DNA from: Leptospiraceae bacterium
Lineage (GTDB): Bacteria > Spirochaetota > Leptospiria > Leptospirales > Leptonemataceae
Assembly (NCBI GenBank): GCA_040217195.1
Contig: JAVJNR010000008.1
Location: 1 to 64,000 of the forward strand
DNA length: 64,000 nucleotides
Direction of reading: 5' to 3'
The position numbers and the translations under genes are program-made. Numbering within the stretch: the first letter of the stretch is position 1; each line of letters starts with the position of its first letter. Shown piece after piece: positions 8,655 through 19,075 of this stretch. The notes under the pieces are model-generated. The model did not search any database. It was not told the origin of the DNA and saw nothing but the letters and a program-made list of their open reading frames with translations.

Positions 8655-10502
8655 TTAGCGAGACCTGGGAGGACCGATTTCGGTGGCTTTTTCCAGGGTT
8701 CGGATGCTTTTTCGCACTGGATTGGGTTCTTGCTGCAATGGTCTGCTCAGACTTTCGCCGGGACCGGGCATTGAATTCATTGTACGGTTTCTGCTACGAC
8801 TAACAGGCTTGAGCACTTCCACTACATTCGAATGTCCTCGGCTTTCTGCCAGCTGCAATGCGGACCAACCTTCGATTAGAGTATCTGGTTTGGCGCCAGC
8901 CTCAAGCAAGAATTTGCATACTTCGCTATGGCCATAGTAGGCAGCATAATGAATTGCAAACCATCCTTCATGGCTGGCATTGGGATTCGCTCCCCTGGCA
9001 AGAAAGCTTTGAACAGCCCCGGCATCGCCTCTTAAAGCACTCTGCAAAATTGGTAAATTCAGGGATGGATCGAATTCGGTGGCGTCTGGATCCACCGTAT
9101 CGGTGATATCGGTATTGGTATCTGTGTTCGTATCTGTGTTCGTATTGTCCGTAACGTTTGGGCCAGCAATGGATATTCGAACGATTTCCATCTGCCGAGC
9201 CTGTGCTGTGGCATCGTTGATCCAGCCCACGTCACCGTTGGGGAACTGAAACAGCCTGGTGGCACCTCGAATTCGTGCAGGCACATAGAATGCTGGTACA
9301 AGTATTTCTCCGTCTGGATCTACTACTGCCAGCTGGGTTTTCATATCCCCTGTTACTGGATTCCAGGCTCTTTGTGGTGAGTTGCCACTTCCGTCCACCG
9401 CCCAGGCCAGTAGAAGGTTTTGCCCCAGAGGTTGAATTCGGGGAATCCTCTCTCTGGCCTCCGATGTGCCAGTTATCCAGATAGTAGATCCCGGTTTACC
9501 ATCCTTATCTGTGCGAATCATACCAATATCATAATCCTTGCGATTCAATCGGCTATCGAAGACTATCCAGCCCCTACCATCCTTTCCGTAAACGTCTCCT
9601 GTACTGATGACCACATCCTGGTAGGTTTCTCCGGGGGCCGCTTTCGGCACCTCTATTGCAACCTCTCGACCCGTAGAAGGGTAGGATTGTATCACCAGCC
9701 CCCTGGGATAGGCATCGCCCACCGTAGACATTAGAAAGCGCTGTCCATCCCAGGAAATTCTGGGGCGAAAGCTGTGGCTTACATTCCAGGTCCAGCCGGC
9801 CGGTCTGTTGCCATCCATCACGGGCTTGCCATTTCTATCAAAAAGGGCCAGGTATTCGCTTTGATGTACCACTCCATCGTCCCATTTGCGATAGGTGGTA
9901 AAATAGGTAGCATATTCTTTTCCGGACCATCCCAGGTTAAACGTACTGAAGGCAGACAGGATTCCCTGAGATCCTTCTTTATCGTAGTTTAGAGTACCTA
10001 CAACCTTTGTGCGAAAAAGGGCCCGGCCAGTCGTACTGTAGGATTCAAGATGGGCAGTATGCAGTTCTTTTCCATTCTTTACCGTTTGCCATTCCAGGGT
10101 GAGCAGTGTAATGGATTTTCCGTCCGTAACAGCATCGCCGATTCTTCGATTCCTCAGCTGGACCAGGTCTTTTTCTACAGAGGAAAGATCGGGTTTTAGC
10201 AAAGAAATTCGACCATTGCTGTTCGAATCGGTCCAGATCAAATAGGCCCGGTCATTGATAAATAGAAGTTCCGGTGCCGGTGTGGCATCGCTCATGGAGT
10301 AGGTGTAGATTGGATTGCTGTCGTTTCCCAGAGCATGAGCCGCCGGTAATTTCAGGCTGGTTATGGATACAGGCAACGGATAGCTTTCATTGGCCGGCAA
10401 CCCGGAACCAATAATTAGTAAGGAGCCCAGGAAAACAGAACGCCGGAAGGCACGGATAAGTCCATTGGTCCGGAGGTTAGAAGGAGAAAGCCGCATGTTC
10501 AT
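8655..10502 (-). CDS. Secreted protein with beta-rich N-domain, Thr/Asp/Asn linker and C-terminal ankyrin repeats
   Basis: Ankyrin-like units (ILQSALRGD, AIHYAAYYGH, ALQLAESRGH); TDTN linker; hydrophobic N-terminal segment. Confidence 0.75.
   Translation of the reverse strand: MNMRLSPSNLRTNGLIRAFRRSVFLGSLLIIGSGLPANESYPLPVSITSLKLPAAHALGNDSNPIYTYSMSDATPAPELLFINDRAYLIWTDSNSNGRISLLKPDLSSVEKDLVQLRNRRIGDAVTDGKSITLLTLEWQTVKNGKELHTAHLESYSTTGRALFRTKVVGTLNYDKEGSQGILSAFSTFNLGWSGKEYATYFTTYRKWDDGVVHQSEYLALFDRNGKPVMDGNRPAGWTWNVSHSFRPRISWDGQRFLMSTVGDAYPRGLVIQSYPSTGREVAIEVPKAAPGETYQDVVISTGDVYGKDGRGWIVFDSRLNRKDYDIGMIRTDKDGKPGSTIWITGTSEARERIPRIQPLGQNLLLAWAVDGSGNSPQRAWNPVTGDMKTQLAVVDPDGEILVPAFYVPARIRGATRLFQFPNGDVGWINDATAQARQMEIVRISIAGPNVTDNTNTDTNTDTNTDITDTVDPDATEFDPSLNLPILQSALRGDAGAVQSFLARGANPNASHEGWFAIHYAAYYGHSEVCKFLLEAGAKPDTLIEGWSALQLAESRGHSNVVEVLKPVSRSRNRTMNSMPGPGESLSRPLQQEPNPVRKSIRTLEKATEIGPPRSR
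9097..9153. repeat. Short coding tandem repeat (TDTN linker)
   Basis: GTATCTGTGTTC twice (9118-9141) plus degenerate copies. Confidence 0.8.
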
Positions 10503-10625
10503 AGGACGGCCCTTTCTTGCTGGTTGTTTGAATGTTTTTCACCCTTGTACTGGCATTCAAATTCTGGAATCCAGCTCATTAACAGGCTGATTCCAGGACG
10601 GTGCAGAACTGGAATCCGGATTGGT

Positions 10626-11678
10626 TCAAATGACCTTAAATGCTTTGAGAGACTTATACAGAGTGGAAATCATCATCACCAGAACTCCTGCAGCCGGAAT
10701 CGCAATTACCATTCCTATGACTCCCAACCATTGCTGGAATGTAATCAATGCCAGAATGGCGATCACTGGATGCACGGAAACACTGCGAGCCAGAACCACC
10801 GGTTGAGTGAACATATTATCCACAGCCTGGGCAATTCCAAACGTCAGAAGAACAAATAGAGGTACACTGCCACCATCCAGAATGAGAGCCACAAGGATGG
10901 CCGGAGTCAGTCCAATGATAGGACCCAGATAGGGGATGATATTTACCAGGGCTGCCACGGTTCCCAGAATAGCGCCGTAGGACAGTCCGGCCAGGGAGAA
11001 TCCTGGAATGAGGATCAAGCCCAGAATGCTGATCTGAATCAAAATTCCTTTCAGATAAGATGCGATCTGTCCTCTTGTTCTATGAACAATGAGTACAGCC
11101 AGTTCAAAATATCGATTGGGTACCAGGCCGATTACGCTTCGAAAGATTTCATCGCCCTGCAATAGAAATAGAAAAAGCAGGATGGGAGTAACCAGTGAAT
11201 AGGTAATAAAGTTAGGGATGGAAGAGAGCAATCCTTTGGAAGCTTCCTGGATGGGCTTTAACACCATGGAAGAAATAGTCTTAAAATCTATAGAAACGGA
11301 CTGATATTGCTCCGGAATAATGATGCCCAGTTGTTCCTTCCAGTAGTTCAATTTCCCGGGCAGTGATTCTACCAGCACTTCCATTTGAGAGATCAATTTC
11401 ACCGCTTCTTCGCGGGCCGGAGGGATAATTACACTGAAGAAAAGTACCAGAGTGCCTATGAACAGAATTAAGACAATTATCACAGAAAGAAGTCTGGGGA
11501 TTCCCAGGCCCTGAAAGAAATCCACTCCTGGATTCAATGCAAACGTTAGGAGAACGGACAGTCCTATGGGAATGATCAAAGCCTGGAGGCCATAAAAGGT
11601 TACGGCCAGAAAGCCCAGCACCAGACTGACAAATAGAACTCTTACTACATGGGTGGAAATATCCGTATCTTGAAACAT
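10626..11678 (-). CDS. AI-2E family (PerM-like) transporter
   Basis: Multi-TM protein with NIIPYLGP and QP.V....V.VHP motifs. Confidence 0.88.
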   Translation of the reverse strand: MFQDTDISTHVVRVLFVSLVLGFLAVTFYGLQALIIPIGLSVLLTFALNPGVDFFQGLGIPRLLSVIIVLILFIGTLVLFFSVIIPPAREEAVKLISQMEVLVESLPGKLNYWKEQLGIIIPEQYQSVSIDFKTISSMVLKPIQEASKGLLSSIPNFITYSLVTPILLFLFLLQGDEIFRSVIGLVPNRYFELAVLIVHRTRGQIASYLKGILIQISILGLILIPGFSLAGLSYGAILGTVAALVNIIPYLGPIIGLTPAILVALILDGGSVPLFVLLTFGIAQAVDNMFTQPVVLARSVSVHPVIAILALITFQQWLGVIGMVIAIPAAGVLVMMISTLYKSLKAFKVI

Positions 11679-12202
11679 CAGGCCAGTTCCTTGCCGTCTT
11701 CCAGCAGAGTGGCTTCCAGGCGCTCATTGGTTTTTATCAGCCTTTTTCCAGTGATTCTGGCAATGTTCAGCAGTATGATGGATGCGATTCTGGGGTTTCG
11801 ATTCATCAGGCTAAGAAGATCCGGTCTAAAAAAACCCAGCATTCTACAGTAGGTCTGGGCCCTTGCGCTGGCCGTTCGCGGCATATCGTCCAGGAGAGCC
11901 AGTTCACCAAAGAAATCGCCATCATAGAACTGAGCCATGGAATCTTCTTCTTCGGTATCGCCTTTGAACCGGTAAATTTCCACAGAACCTTCCATGATGA
12001 TATACATACCCACACCCGGTTCATTGGTTCTAAAGATATGCTCGCCTTCCTTGAAATGGCGAACATGGCAGAGAGAGCGGACCATCTTCAAGGCTCGATG
12101 GGGCAGTTTGTCGAATACCGGAATCTGTTTGAGTACTTCCAGCTCATGCTGCTCGGGATCCTTGTTTCCCAGTTTCATGCTTTCCCAGAACGGTAGCGCC
12201 AT
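11678..12202 (-). CDS. Stand-alone cyclic-nucleotide-binding domain protein
   Basis: FFGELALLDDMPRTASA phosphate-binding cassette. Start reset to ATG 12202 because the longer ORF runs into tRNA-Pro. Stop overlaps the AI-2E start. Confidence 0.88.
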   Translation of the reverse strand: MALPFWESMKLGNKDPEQHELEVLKQIPVFDKLPHRALKMVRSLCHVRHFKEGEHIFRTNEPGVGMYIIMEGSVEIYRFKGDTEEEDSMAQFYDGDFFGELALLDDMPRTASARAQTYCRMLGFFRPDLLSLMNRNPRIASIILLNIARITGKRLIKTNERLEATLLEDGKELA

Positions 12203-12296
12203 ATATGGATTATCGTCACCAGAAAGGGCATCATAGAAGGCCAGGGTTTGTTTTTTGGTGGACGGCGCACCTGGCCCCGGAGATTTGATTCCTGAC

Positions 12297-12369
<73 letters not shown>

Positions 12370-12374
12370 ATGAT

Positions 12375-12448
<74 letters not shown>

Positions 12449-12465
12449 CAGCCTGGCACAGATAT

Positions 12466-12539
12466 GGCGGATGTAGCTCAGTTGGTAGAGCGCCAGTTTG
12501 TGGCACTGGTGGTCGCGGGTTCGAATCCCGTCGTTCGCC
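12466..12539 (+). tRNA. tRNA-His (GTG)
   Basis: G-1 and C73 present; CCAGT-TTGTGGC-ACTGG anticodon arm. Confidence 0.95.
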
Positions 12540-12628
12540 CATCCGGTGGACCGGCCGGTTTCCGGGAGTCGGTCGAAAGAATGTCTTGACCGTTCCATCG
12601 GAAACCAGACCCTGGTCAGACCGGTTTC

Positions 12629-12710
<82 letters not shown>

Positions 12711-12713
12711 TAT

Positions 12714-12785
<72 letters not shown>

Positions 12786-12808
12786 CATCCTTTTCTTTCG
12801 CGAACAGA

Positions 12809-14140
12809 ATGGAATTTAAGACAAAGAAGAAATCCGAGACCGTGATGGAAATCACGGTCAACAATACTGCGGAAGAGGTTGAACGTTCCTTCCAGAAAGC
12901 CTACGAAAAGGCCCGGGGTAGCGTCAAACTTCCAGGATTCAGAAAAGGTAAAGTGCCTCTGGATATGGTAGCTCGTCATCTTGGCGATTCCGTGGCCGGG
13001 GATGCTGCGAACCTTCTGATTCAAGATTCCATGCAGGAAATCTTTCCGGAACTGGATCCAGCTCCCATCAAAGCTCCACAGTTTGAGATCGACAGTCTTT
13101 CCAGGGAAAGTGGTGCAGCTTTCAAAGGGGAGTACGAGTACATCCCCGAGATCAAGCCAGCCAAATACCGAAAACTTAAAGGCGAAAAAGGCGAAGTCAA
13201 GATCGAGGACTCTGTAATCGAAAAGAAGATCGATCTACTTCGAAAAGAGCATGCGGTTATGAAGAGCCGCGAAGAGGGCAAAATCGAAGAAGATGATTAT
13301 GCCCGGCTGAACCTGTCTGTTAAGGATGGGGAGGAAGTGCTCTTTGAAAGCGATGATTTTCCGTTCTACACAAATCGAGACGATGTATTCCCCGGTCTAA
13401 AAGAGAATGTTATTGGTACCGAAGTAGGCAAAGAAGGCTCTTACGAGCAACTGATGGCCGATGACTTTCCTGATCAGAAATTTGCAGGAAAGAAGGTCCA
13501 GGTCACATTTACCGTCAAGGAAGCGTCCTATCGTGAACTTCCTGAACTAAACGATGAATTTGCCAAGGATCTGGGCGAATTCGAAACCCTGGATGATCTG
13601 AAAAAAGACGTAGAAAAGAACATTCGGGAAGCTGCGGAGGACACCGTACGCTCAAGAGTGCTTCAGACTCTGGTAGATGAGCTTACTGAAAAGACTAAAT
13701 TCGACGTACCAAGCAGTCTTGTGGATTCAGAATTCGATCGCAGGCTGGAAAACCTGCGCCGACGAATTGGCCAGCAGGATATGCCCCTTGAGCAAATTGC
13801 TCAGATGGCCGGAGAGAGCAAAGAGTCTCTGGAAAAGAGGATGCGGGATGACGCAGAAAAGCATGTAAGAGAAAGCCTCATCCTGTCGGAAATAGCAGAA
13901 AAAGAAGAAATCACTGTAGAAGAATCTGAAGTAGATGATCTGATCAAAGAAAGGGCTGGCGGACGAGTGCCGGTCGATCAGGTAGATATGCTGGTGCAGA
14001 ATCCGAATTTAAGAGAAGATATTCGTTTCGAAGTTCGGATGCGAAAAACCCTGGATCTGATCTGGGACAACGCTGAATTCAAGAAAGGTAGTGCAGTATC
14101 TGCCGAGAAGCTCTTTGAAGAGGGTGCTCTCCAGTACTGA
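12809..14140 (+). CDS. tig: Trigger factor
   Basis: PGFRKGKVP ribosome-binding motif; FKBP-like middle region; [14 protein letters not shown]; upstream of clpP-clpX. Start reset to ATG 12809. Confidence 0.95.
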   Translation: MEFKTKKKSETVMEITVNNTAEEVERSFQKAYEKARGSVKLPGFRKGKVPLDMVARHLGDSVAGDAANLLIQDSMQEIFPELDPAPIKAPQFEIDSLSRESGAAFKGEYEYIPEIKPAKYRKLKGEKGEVKIEDSVIEKKIDLLRKEHAVMKSREEGKIEEDDYARLNLSVKDGEEVLFESDDFPFYTNRDDVFPGLKENVIGTEVGKEGSYEQLMADDFPDQKFAGKKVQVTFTVKEASYRELPELNDEFAKDLGEFETLDDLKKDVEKNIREAAEDTVRSRVLQTLVDELTEKTKFDVPSSLVDSEFDRRLENLRRRIGQQDMPLEQIAQMAGESKESLEKRMRDDAEKHVRESLILSEIAEKEEITVEESEVDDLIKERAGGRVPVDQVDMLVQNPNLREDIRFEVRMRKTLDLIWDNAEFKKGSAVSAEKLFEEGALQY

Positions 14141-14250
14141 GTCAGCTCGGGCATCGAATCTGATCCTAAATTCGGATCAGTGCATGCCTGCAAATTAAAC
14201 TGTTCATTTTTTACGGCTTTACTGGACGATCGATCCGTTTCGTAGTTCAC

Positions 14251-14278
14251 TTGACGGGTGACGGCCAGATAATATAAG
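14251..14278 (+). promoter_or_regulatory. Putative sigma70 promoter of clpP-clpX
   Basis: TTGACG-N16-TATAAG. Confidence 0.5.
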
Positions 14279-14349
14279 AATCTGAAGTCGAGATGATTAT
14301 GTCGGCTATGAAGTCGGCGGCGCCAGGCGCACTATCAAGGGAGGAATCC

Positions 14350-14979
14350 ATGGCAATTATGCCCTACGTAATCGAGCAGACCTCAAGAGGGGAAAGGACC
14401 TATGACATCTATTCCCGTCTGCTCAAGGATCGAATTATCTTTCTGGGGTATCCCATCGACGACAATTATTGCAATATTATCATTGCTCAAATGCTCTTTC
14501 TGGAAGCTGACGATCCGGAAAAAGACATTTATCTCTATGTAAACTCTCCCGGAGGATATATCTCCAGCGGGCTGGCTATTTATGACACCATGCAATATAT
14601 CCGGCCAGATATCCGGACCATCTGCGTGGGTCAGGCGGCCAATATTTCCTCTCTGTTGCTGGCTGCCGGTACAGCGGGAAAGAGATCCGCTCTGCCCAAT
14701 GCCCGAATCATGATGCATCAGCCCCTGGGTGGTGTTACCGGCCAGGCGGTGGATATCGAGCTGCAGGCGAAGGAAATTCTGGGTGTGAAAGATAGATTAA
14801 ATCGTATCTATGCAAATCATACAGGAAAGCCTCTGGAGCAGATCGAAAAAGATACAGATCGAGTTCGCAACATGTCGGCGGCAGATGCCAGAGATTACGG
14901 CCTCATCGATCATGTGATTGAGATCAAACCCAAAGGAGCCGAACTTGTTGGTAGCGGGAACGGCAAAACCAGTAGTTAA
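14350..14979 (+). CDS. clpP: Clp protease proteolytic subunit homolog with degenerate catalytic triad
   Basis: [23 protein letters not shown] and MHQP motifs; RBS GGAGGA. GQAAN replaces GQAAS and DTDRV replaces DTERD. Confidence 0.93.
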   Translation: MAIMPYVIEQTSRGERTYDIYSRLLKDRIIFLGYPIDDNYCNIIIAQMLFLEADDPEKDIYLYVNSPGGYISSGLAIYDTMQYIRPDIRTICVGQAANISSLLLAAGTAGKRSALPNARIMMHQPLGGVTGQAVDIELQAKEILGVKDRLNRIYANHTGKPLEQIEKDTDRVRNMSAADARDYGLIDHVIEIKPKGAELVGSGNGKTSS

Positions 14980-15021
14980 TTTTCTTTGAAATCGACTACG
15001 GCTGAGTAGAAACTGACAAAA

Positions 15022-16317
15022 ATGGCATCCAGAAAGAAAGGATCAGATAAAGAGAAGCTTCATTGCTCTTTCTGCGGCAAAGAGCAGGACTCCGTTAGGC
15101 GTCTTGTAGCGGGGCCAGGTGTGTACATCTGTGATGAATGTATCGAGCTCTGTAATGAAATCATCGCCGAGGAAGGCGATCAGGAAGCGGGTCCTGCAGG
15201 TGTAATACAGGAGCTGCCCCGTCCCACAGAGATCAAGAAGATCCTGGATGAATATGTGATCGGTCAGGATGAAGCCAAAAAGGCTCTGGCTGTTGCAGTT
15301 TATAATCATTACAAGCGAATTCAGCAGAACCAGAAGAAAGGCGATGTTGAACTGGATAAATCCAACATCATGCTTATTGGACCCACCGGTTCTGGTAAGA
15401 CTCTGCTGGCGCAGACCCTTGCTCGATTGCTCAAGGTACCTTTTGCCATAGCGGATGCTACTGCACTGACCGAAGCAGGGTACGTTGGCGAAGATGTAGA
15501 GAACATTCTTCTTCGGCTGATTCAGAATGCTCAAAATGATGTTAAAAAGGCAGAGATAGGAATTATCTATATCGATGAAATCGATAAGATTTCACGCAAA
15601 ACCGAAAACCCTTCCATTACTCGAGATGTATCTGGCGAAGGCGTCCAGCAGGCTCTTTTGAAAATCATAGAAGGAACGGTAGCGAATGTTCCTCCTCAGG
15701 GCGGCAGAAAACATCCTCACCAGGATTTTCTGACCATCGATACAAGAAATATACTGTTTATTTGCGGCGGCGCATTCGTAGGTCTGGACGACATGGTGCA
15801 AAAGCGCCTTGGCTCCAGAACCATTGGTTTTGACCGTCAGAGCGGAGTGGCTCGCGGTAAAGTAACCAAGCAGGAAATCCTCAGAAATGTTATCCCGGAT
15901 GATCTAATGAAGTTCGGTCTTATACCTGAATTCGTAGGCCGAATCCCTGTGATTGCTACTCTGGATGATCTGGATGTGGCTACTTTGAAGCAAATCTTTT
16001 CTGAGCCCAAAAACTCCATTCTCAAGCAATACCAAAAAATGTTTGAGATGGAAAATGTTAAACTCAGGTTCACCGATGATGCGATCACTCGAATTGCTGA
16101 TGAGGCAATTAAGCGAGAGGCCGGTGCCCGAGGGCTTCGAAGTATTGTAGAGAAAGTGATGATGGATCTGATGTACGATATTCCAGGAAATGAGGATATC
16201 GATCAGGTAGTGATTACTCCGCAGGTAATCGAAAGCGGCGATCAGCCAGTGTTTACCTACAAAAAAGACGAAAAGAAGAAAGATAAGGACAAAGAAAAGA
16301 AAGAGAAGTTTGCTTGA
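15022..16317 (+). CDS. clpX: ATP-dependent Clp protease ATP-binding subunit ClpX
   Basis: CSFC/CDEC zinc finger; [16 protein letters not shown] loop; GARGLR. Confidence 0.98.
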   Translation: MASRKKGSDKEKLHCSFCGKEQDSVRRLVAGPGVYICDECIELCNEIIAEEGDQEAGPAGVIQELPRPTEIKKILDEYVIGQDEAKKALAVAVYNHYKRIQQNQKKGDVELDKSNIMLIGPTGSGKTLLAQTLARLLKVPFAIADATALTEAGYVGEDVENILLRLIQNAQNDVKKAEIGIIYIDEIDKISRKTENPSITRDVSGEGVQQALLKIIEGTVANVPPQGGRKHPHQDFLTIDTRNILFICGGAFVGLDDMVQKRLGSRTIGFDRQSGVARGKVTKQEILRNVIPDDLMKFGLIPEFVGRIPVIATLDDLDVATLKQIFSEPKNSILKQYQKMFEMENVKLRFTDDAITRIADEAIKREAGARGLRSIVEKVMMDLMYDIPGNEDIDQVVITPQVIESGDQPVFTYKKDEKKKDKDKEKKEKFA

Positions 16318-16461
16318 TTCAGGTAAAAACTGCGATCTCCCTATCTATTCAATAACTCGGTGGGCAACGGCTTCAGTCCGGTCTAACATTCCTTTTGCCC
16401 TGTTTGCATTCTGACTTCCCGTTTCGGTCCCCCGGAGCGGGCCGCTCCGTCCCCAACTTAT

Positions 16462-17331
16462 CTACATTACAGAAAGCCAGTGCGGCGGAGCTTGTCCGCT
16501 ACCTGTGTATTTTCGTATCAATTTTTGAGCTCTTTCTTGCGTCTCTTTCAGGATCGATTCTGCCAGATCGCCCAATCCCTGTTCTTCCAGGTCATCCCAG
16601 AAGATGTCGATGGTGTCATCTACCAGCACCGCAAGATGGTGTTCCACTTCATGCCTGAGCTCTCTTTGATCCGCCACCATATTACCGCTCATAAGCTGAA
16701 CCAGTAGCGTACGATGGTCCGGGTTGCTGGCCACGAAATCCTGAATCGACTGCTCGCTGTATTGGTCCCATTCCGTTTCGTGGCCATGTTGGCCGGCGCA
16801 GGTTCCCAGACGAGCCACCCACAGGGCCAGAGTCTGAGGCCGCCAGCCGTGTGCCTGAATGATGCGTGCAATGTGCCAGGCCTGGGATACTTCGTGGTCC
16901 AGATCATTGGATTCAAGGAAACGTACAAAACGAAGAACCTCATCAATGGAACGCTCGGCCAATCTTACGGCAATGTCGCCGGCCAGATGGTTTTCGCTAT
17001 CACCCCACAATGGGCGGTCCGCATTGGCCTGCGTTACAGCATCTACAAAGGCAGCCAGCGGCTCCTCGGCGGTGGCCGGAAGAGAATCATGATCGAATAC
17101 TCTCTCATTCACAAAGCCATCACTCAATTGAAAACGAAGGGATAAAATGCCACCATATTTAGCCCGGGCACTCCAGCCGGGGATGTCTCTGGAAAACACA
17201 GTCAGTGCATCGATTGCAGTTTGCACCCATTGTTCATCCAGGACATCCGGCATCTGAAAACCGATGTCCCGGGCCTCGGGATCCATGTACAGTAGGCCGT
17301 GAATGTGAATGTAGTGATTCGGGATACTCAT
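16462..17331 (-). CDS. Hypothetical protein
   Basis: 289-aa ORF convergent on clpX, containing NDLDHEVSQ...GW. No confident family. Start uncertain (17331 or 17400). Confidence 0.6.
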   Translation of the reverse strand: MSIPNHYIHIHGLLYMDPEARDIGFQMPDVLDEQWVQTAIDALTVFSRDIPGWSARAKYGGILSLRFQLSDGFVNERVFDHDSLPATAEEPLAAFVDAVTQANADRPLWGDSENHLAGDIAVRLAERSIDEVLRFVRFLESNDLDHEVSQAWHIARIIQAHGWRPQTLALWVARLGTCAGQHGHETEWDQYSEQSIQDFVASNPDHRTLLVQLMSGNMVADQRELRHEVEHHLAVLVDDTIDIFWDDLEEQGLGDLAESILKETQERAQKLIRKYTGSGQAPPHWLSVM

Positions 17332-17817
17332 TGAAAACAAGGCTGCTCGGTTCCCGGGTTGAGTCAAACGAATCCGTATTACAGATGATCGGCTGTGCAA
17401 TGAGCGTGAAGCTGGTGCGAATCAGAAAAGCTTACATTAGAAAGCAAGTCCATTTGGTGGCCATTTATTTCTACTGCATTTTGCATTCTGGCCAAACAGA
17501 TTGAAATCCAAAAATCGCAGAATGAAGATGCTCCTCATTCCGATGCAGGGTAATAGCGAATTAACATTCAGTTAGTGAATCTGCCTGATTCGTCGGAGCA
17601 GGGGAGAGTCCGCAGTCAGGCGCGGGCGCGAAGTATCTATGGTAAATCTTAAAATATGCCCCGGCCGAATCGCCTGCTGGATCCATCCGTACTTGCTCAC
17701 CTTTATCTAGTAGTAGCTCCAACATCCCATGAACGAAATGTCGGTGAACCAGCGGTCCATCAGTTCAGGGCCTTTGACTCGGAAATGGGAATTGCCGGCC
17801 GGGGAATGGTGTCTCTA

Positions 17818-18759
17818 CTAGCTTAGATCCCGGTCCACAAGTCCTCGTTTACGTCGACTGCGCTCAATCAGCCATACAACCAGGACCGATATAACATAAA
17901 GCGAAATGATGGGTCCTGCCATCACCAGTTGAGTCACTGGATCCGGTGGAGTCAGGATAGCAGAGACGATGAAGATACCTGTTATGAACAATCGCCACTG
18001 CTTTTTGTGCCACTCTATAGTAAGTATTCCTGCTGCTCCCAGAGCGATCAACAGTACCGGAATTTGAAATAACAGGCCTGCGCCCATATGAATCATGAAA
18101 AAGAAGCTGTAATACTCTTCAATGGACGTTTGAGGAATGGTCTTTTCCAGCCCCATTAACATAATCTTGAAAAACATTTCCAGGCTCAGCGGAAATAGCT
18201 GAAACCAGGTGAAGGCTACGCCGCCCCAGAAGAGAAAGCCGGAGAATAGAACACTGAGGCTTCCTATCCAGGCGGTTTTTCGACTTACTGCAGGAGTAAT
18301 AAAACCCCACATGATAAGCAGTATCATTGGAAAAGTTGTTACAAAAGATAGAATGAGGCTGAGCTTGATTAATACAACCAGTGGCCCGGCCACTTTACCC
18401 ATAATCAATGGGTAATCTGAAATTTCGCCAAAGGGCTGGACCAGAATGGAGTGAATCTGTGAACTGAAAATACCGAACCCTGCGGCACCCAGCAGGACGA
18501 TGCCCACAATCCATAGAAGACGCTTTCGCAACTCCTCCAGATGGTCCCCCAGAGTTAAATATTTTTCCCTGGGATCTGTATCTTCGTCGAAGGATTCCGA
18601 TTGCGAGGATGTAGAGGCGCTGGTTCCGGTCTTTTGAACGGATTTAGCTTTTCGCCTGGTGCGACCGGTAGAATTGCGTCCGGCGTTGCCGCCGGACTTC
18701 TTCACGGTCCTGGAGGTTTTTTTTGTCTTTTTGGCAGAAGCACGTTTGGCTGTAGCCAT
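17818..18759 (-). CDS. tatC: Twin-arginine translocase subunit TatC
   Basis: LGDHLEELRKRL, WGFITPA, FQIP and ILTPPDPVTQ motifs. Confidence 0.95.
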   Translation of the reverse strand: MATAKRASAKKTKKTSRTVKKSGGNAGRNSTGRTRRKAKSVQKTGTSASTSSQSESFDEDTDPREKYLTLGDHLEELRKRLLWIVGIVLLGAAGFGIFSSQIHSILVQPFGEISDYPLIMGKVAGPLVVLIKLSLILSFVTTFPMILLIMWGFITPAVSRKTAWIGSLSVLFSGFLFWGGVAFTWFQLFPLSLEMFFKIMLMGLEKTIPQTSIEEYYSFFFMIHMGAGLLFQIPVLLIALGAAGILTIEWHKKQWRLFITGIFIVSAILTPPDPVTQLVMAGPIISLYVISVLVVWLIERSRRKRGLVDRDLS

Positions 18760-18762
18760 GGA

Positions 18763-18999
18763 CTAGCTCTTGGATCTAGACTTCTTTCGCTTTTGCGTCT
18801 TCTCCGCATTCACGGTTTCTCGCTCCGGTTCTTCCAGTTCCGGGCTGGAATTTGAAACGGACTTTCTGAACTCTCGAATCCCGGTTCCGAGATCCTTAGC
18901 AAGCTGGGGCAGTTTTCTGCCTCCGAAAAGCAGTAGCACAACCACCAGGATAATCGTCCATTCAACGGGTCCTGGCATTGTCATGAATAATGGTGCCAT
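18763..18999 (-). CDS. tatA: Twin-arginine translocase TatA/E
   Basis: LLLFGGRKLPQLAKDLGTGIREFRKS; start uncertain. Confidence 0.93.
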   Translation of the reverse strand: MAPLFMTMPGPVEWTIILVVVLLLFGGRKLPQLAKDLGTGIREFRKSVSNSSPELEEPERETVNAEKTQKRKKSRSKS

Positions 19000-19075
19000 A
19001 CCGTCGACGCTGCGCCCCGTGCCTTTTTTTACAACTTGAATTTTGACGCGGTGCATTGTTATCTTGCCGTCAACT

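Noticed and set aside
9097..9153. Short direct repeats as a CRISPR candidate
   Set aside because: They are 12-nt in-frame coding repeats without spacers, and no cas genes are present.
16381..16461. GTCTAAC/GTTAGAC resembling an integron attC core next to the orphan gene
   Set aside because: There is no complementary partner core at a suitable distance, no second cassette and no integrase.
19043..19073. TTGACG...CGTCAA inverted pair between tatA and the divergent gene
   Set aside because: The arms are short and compatible with overlapping divergent promoter elements or chance, so an operator cannot be supported.
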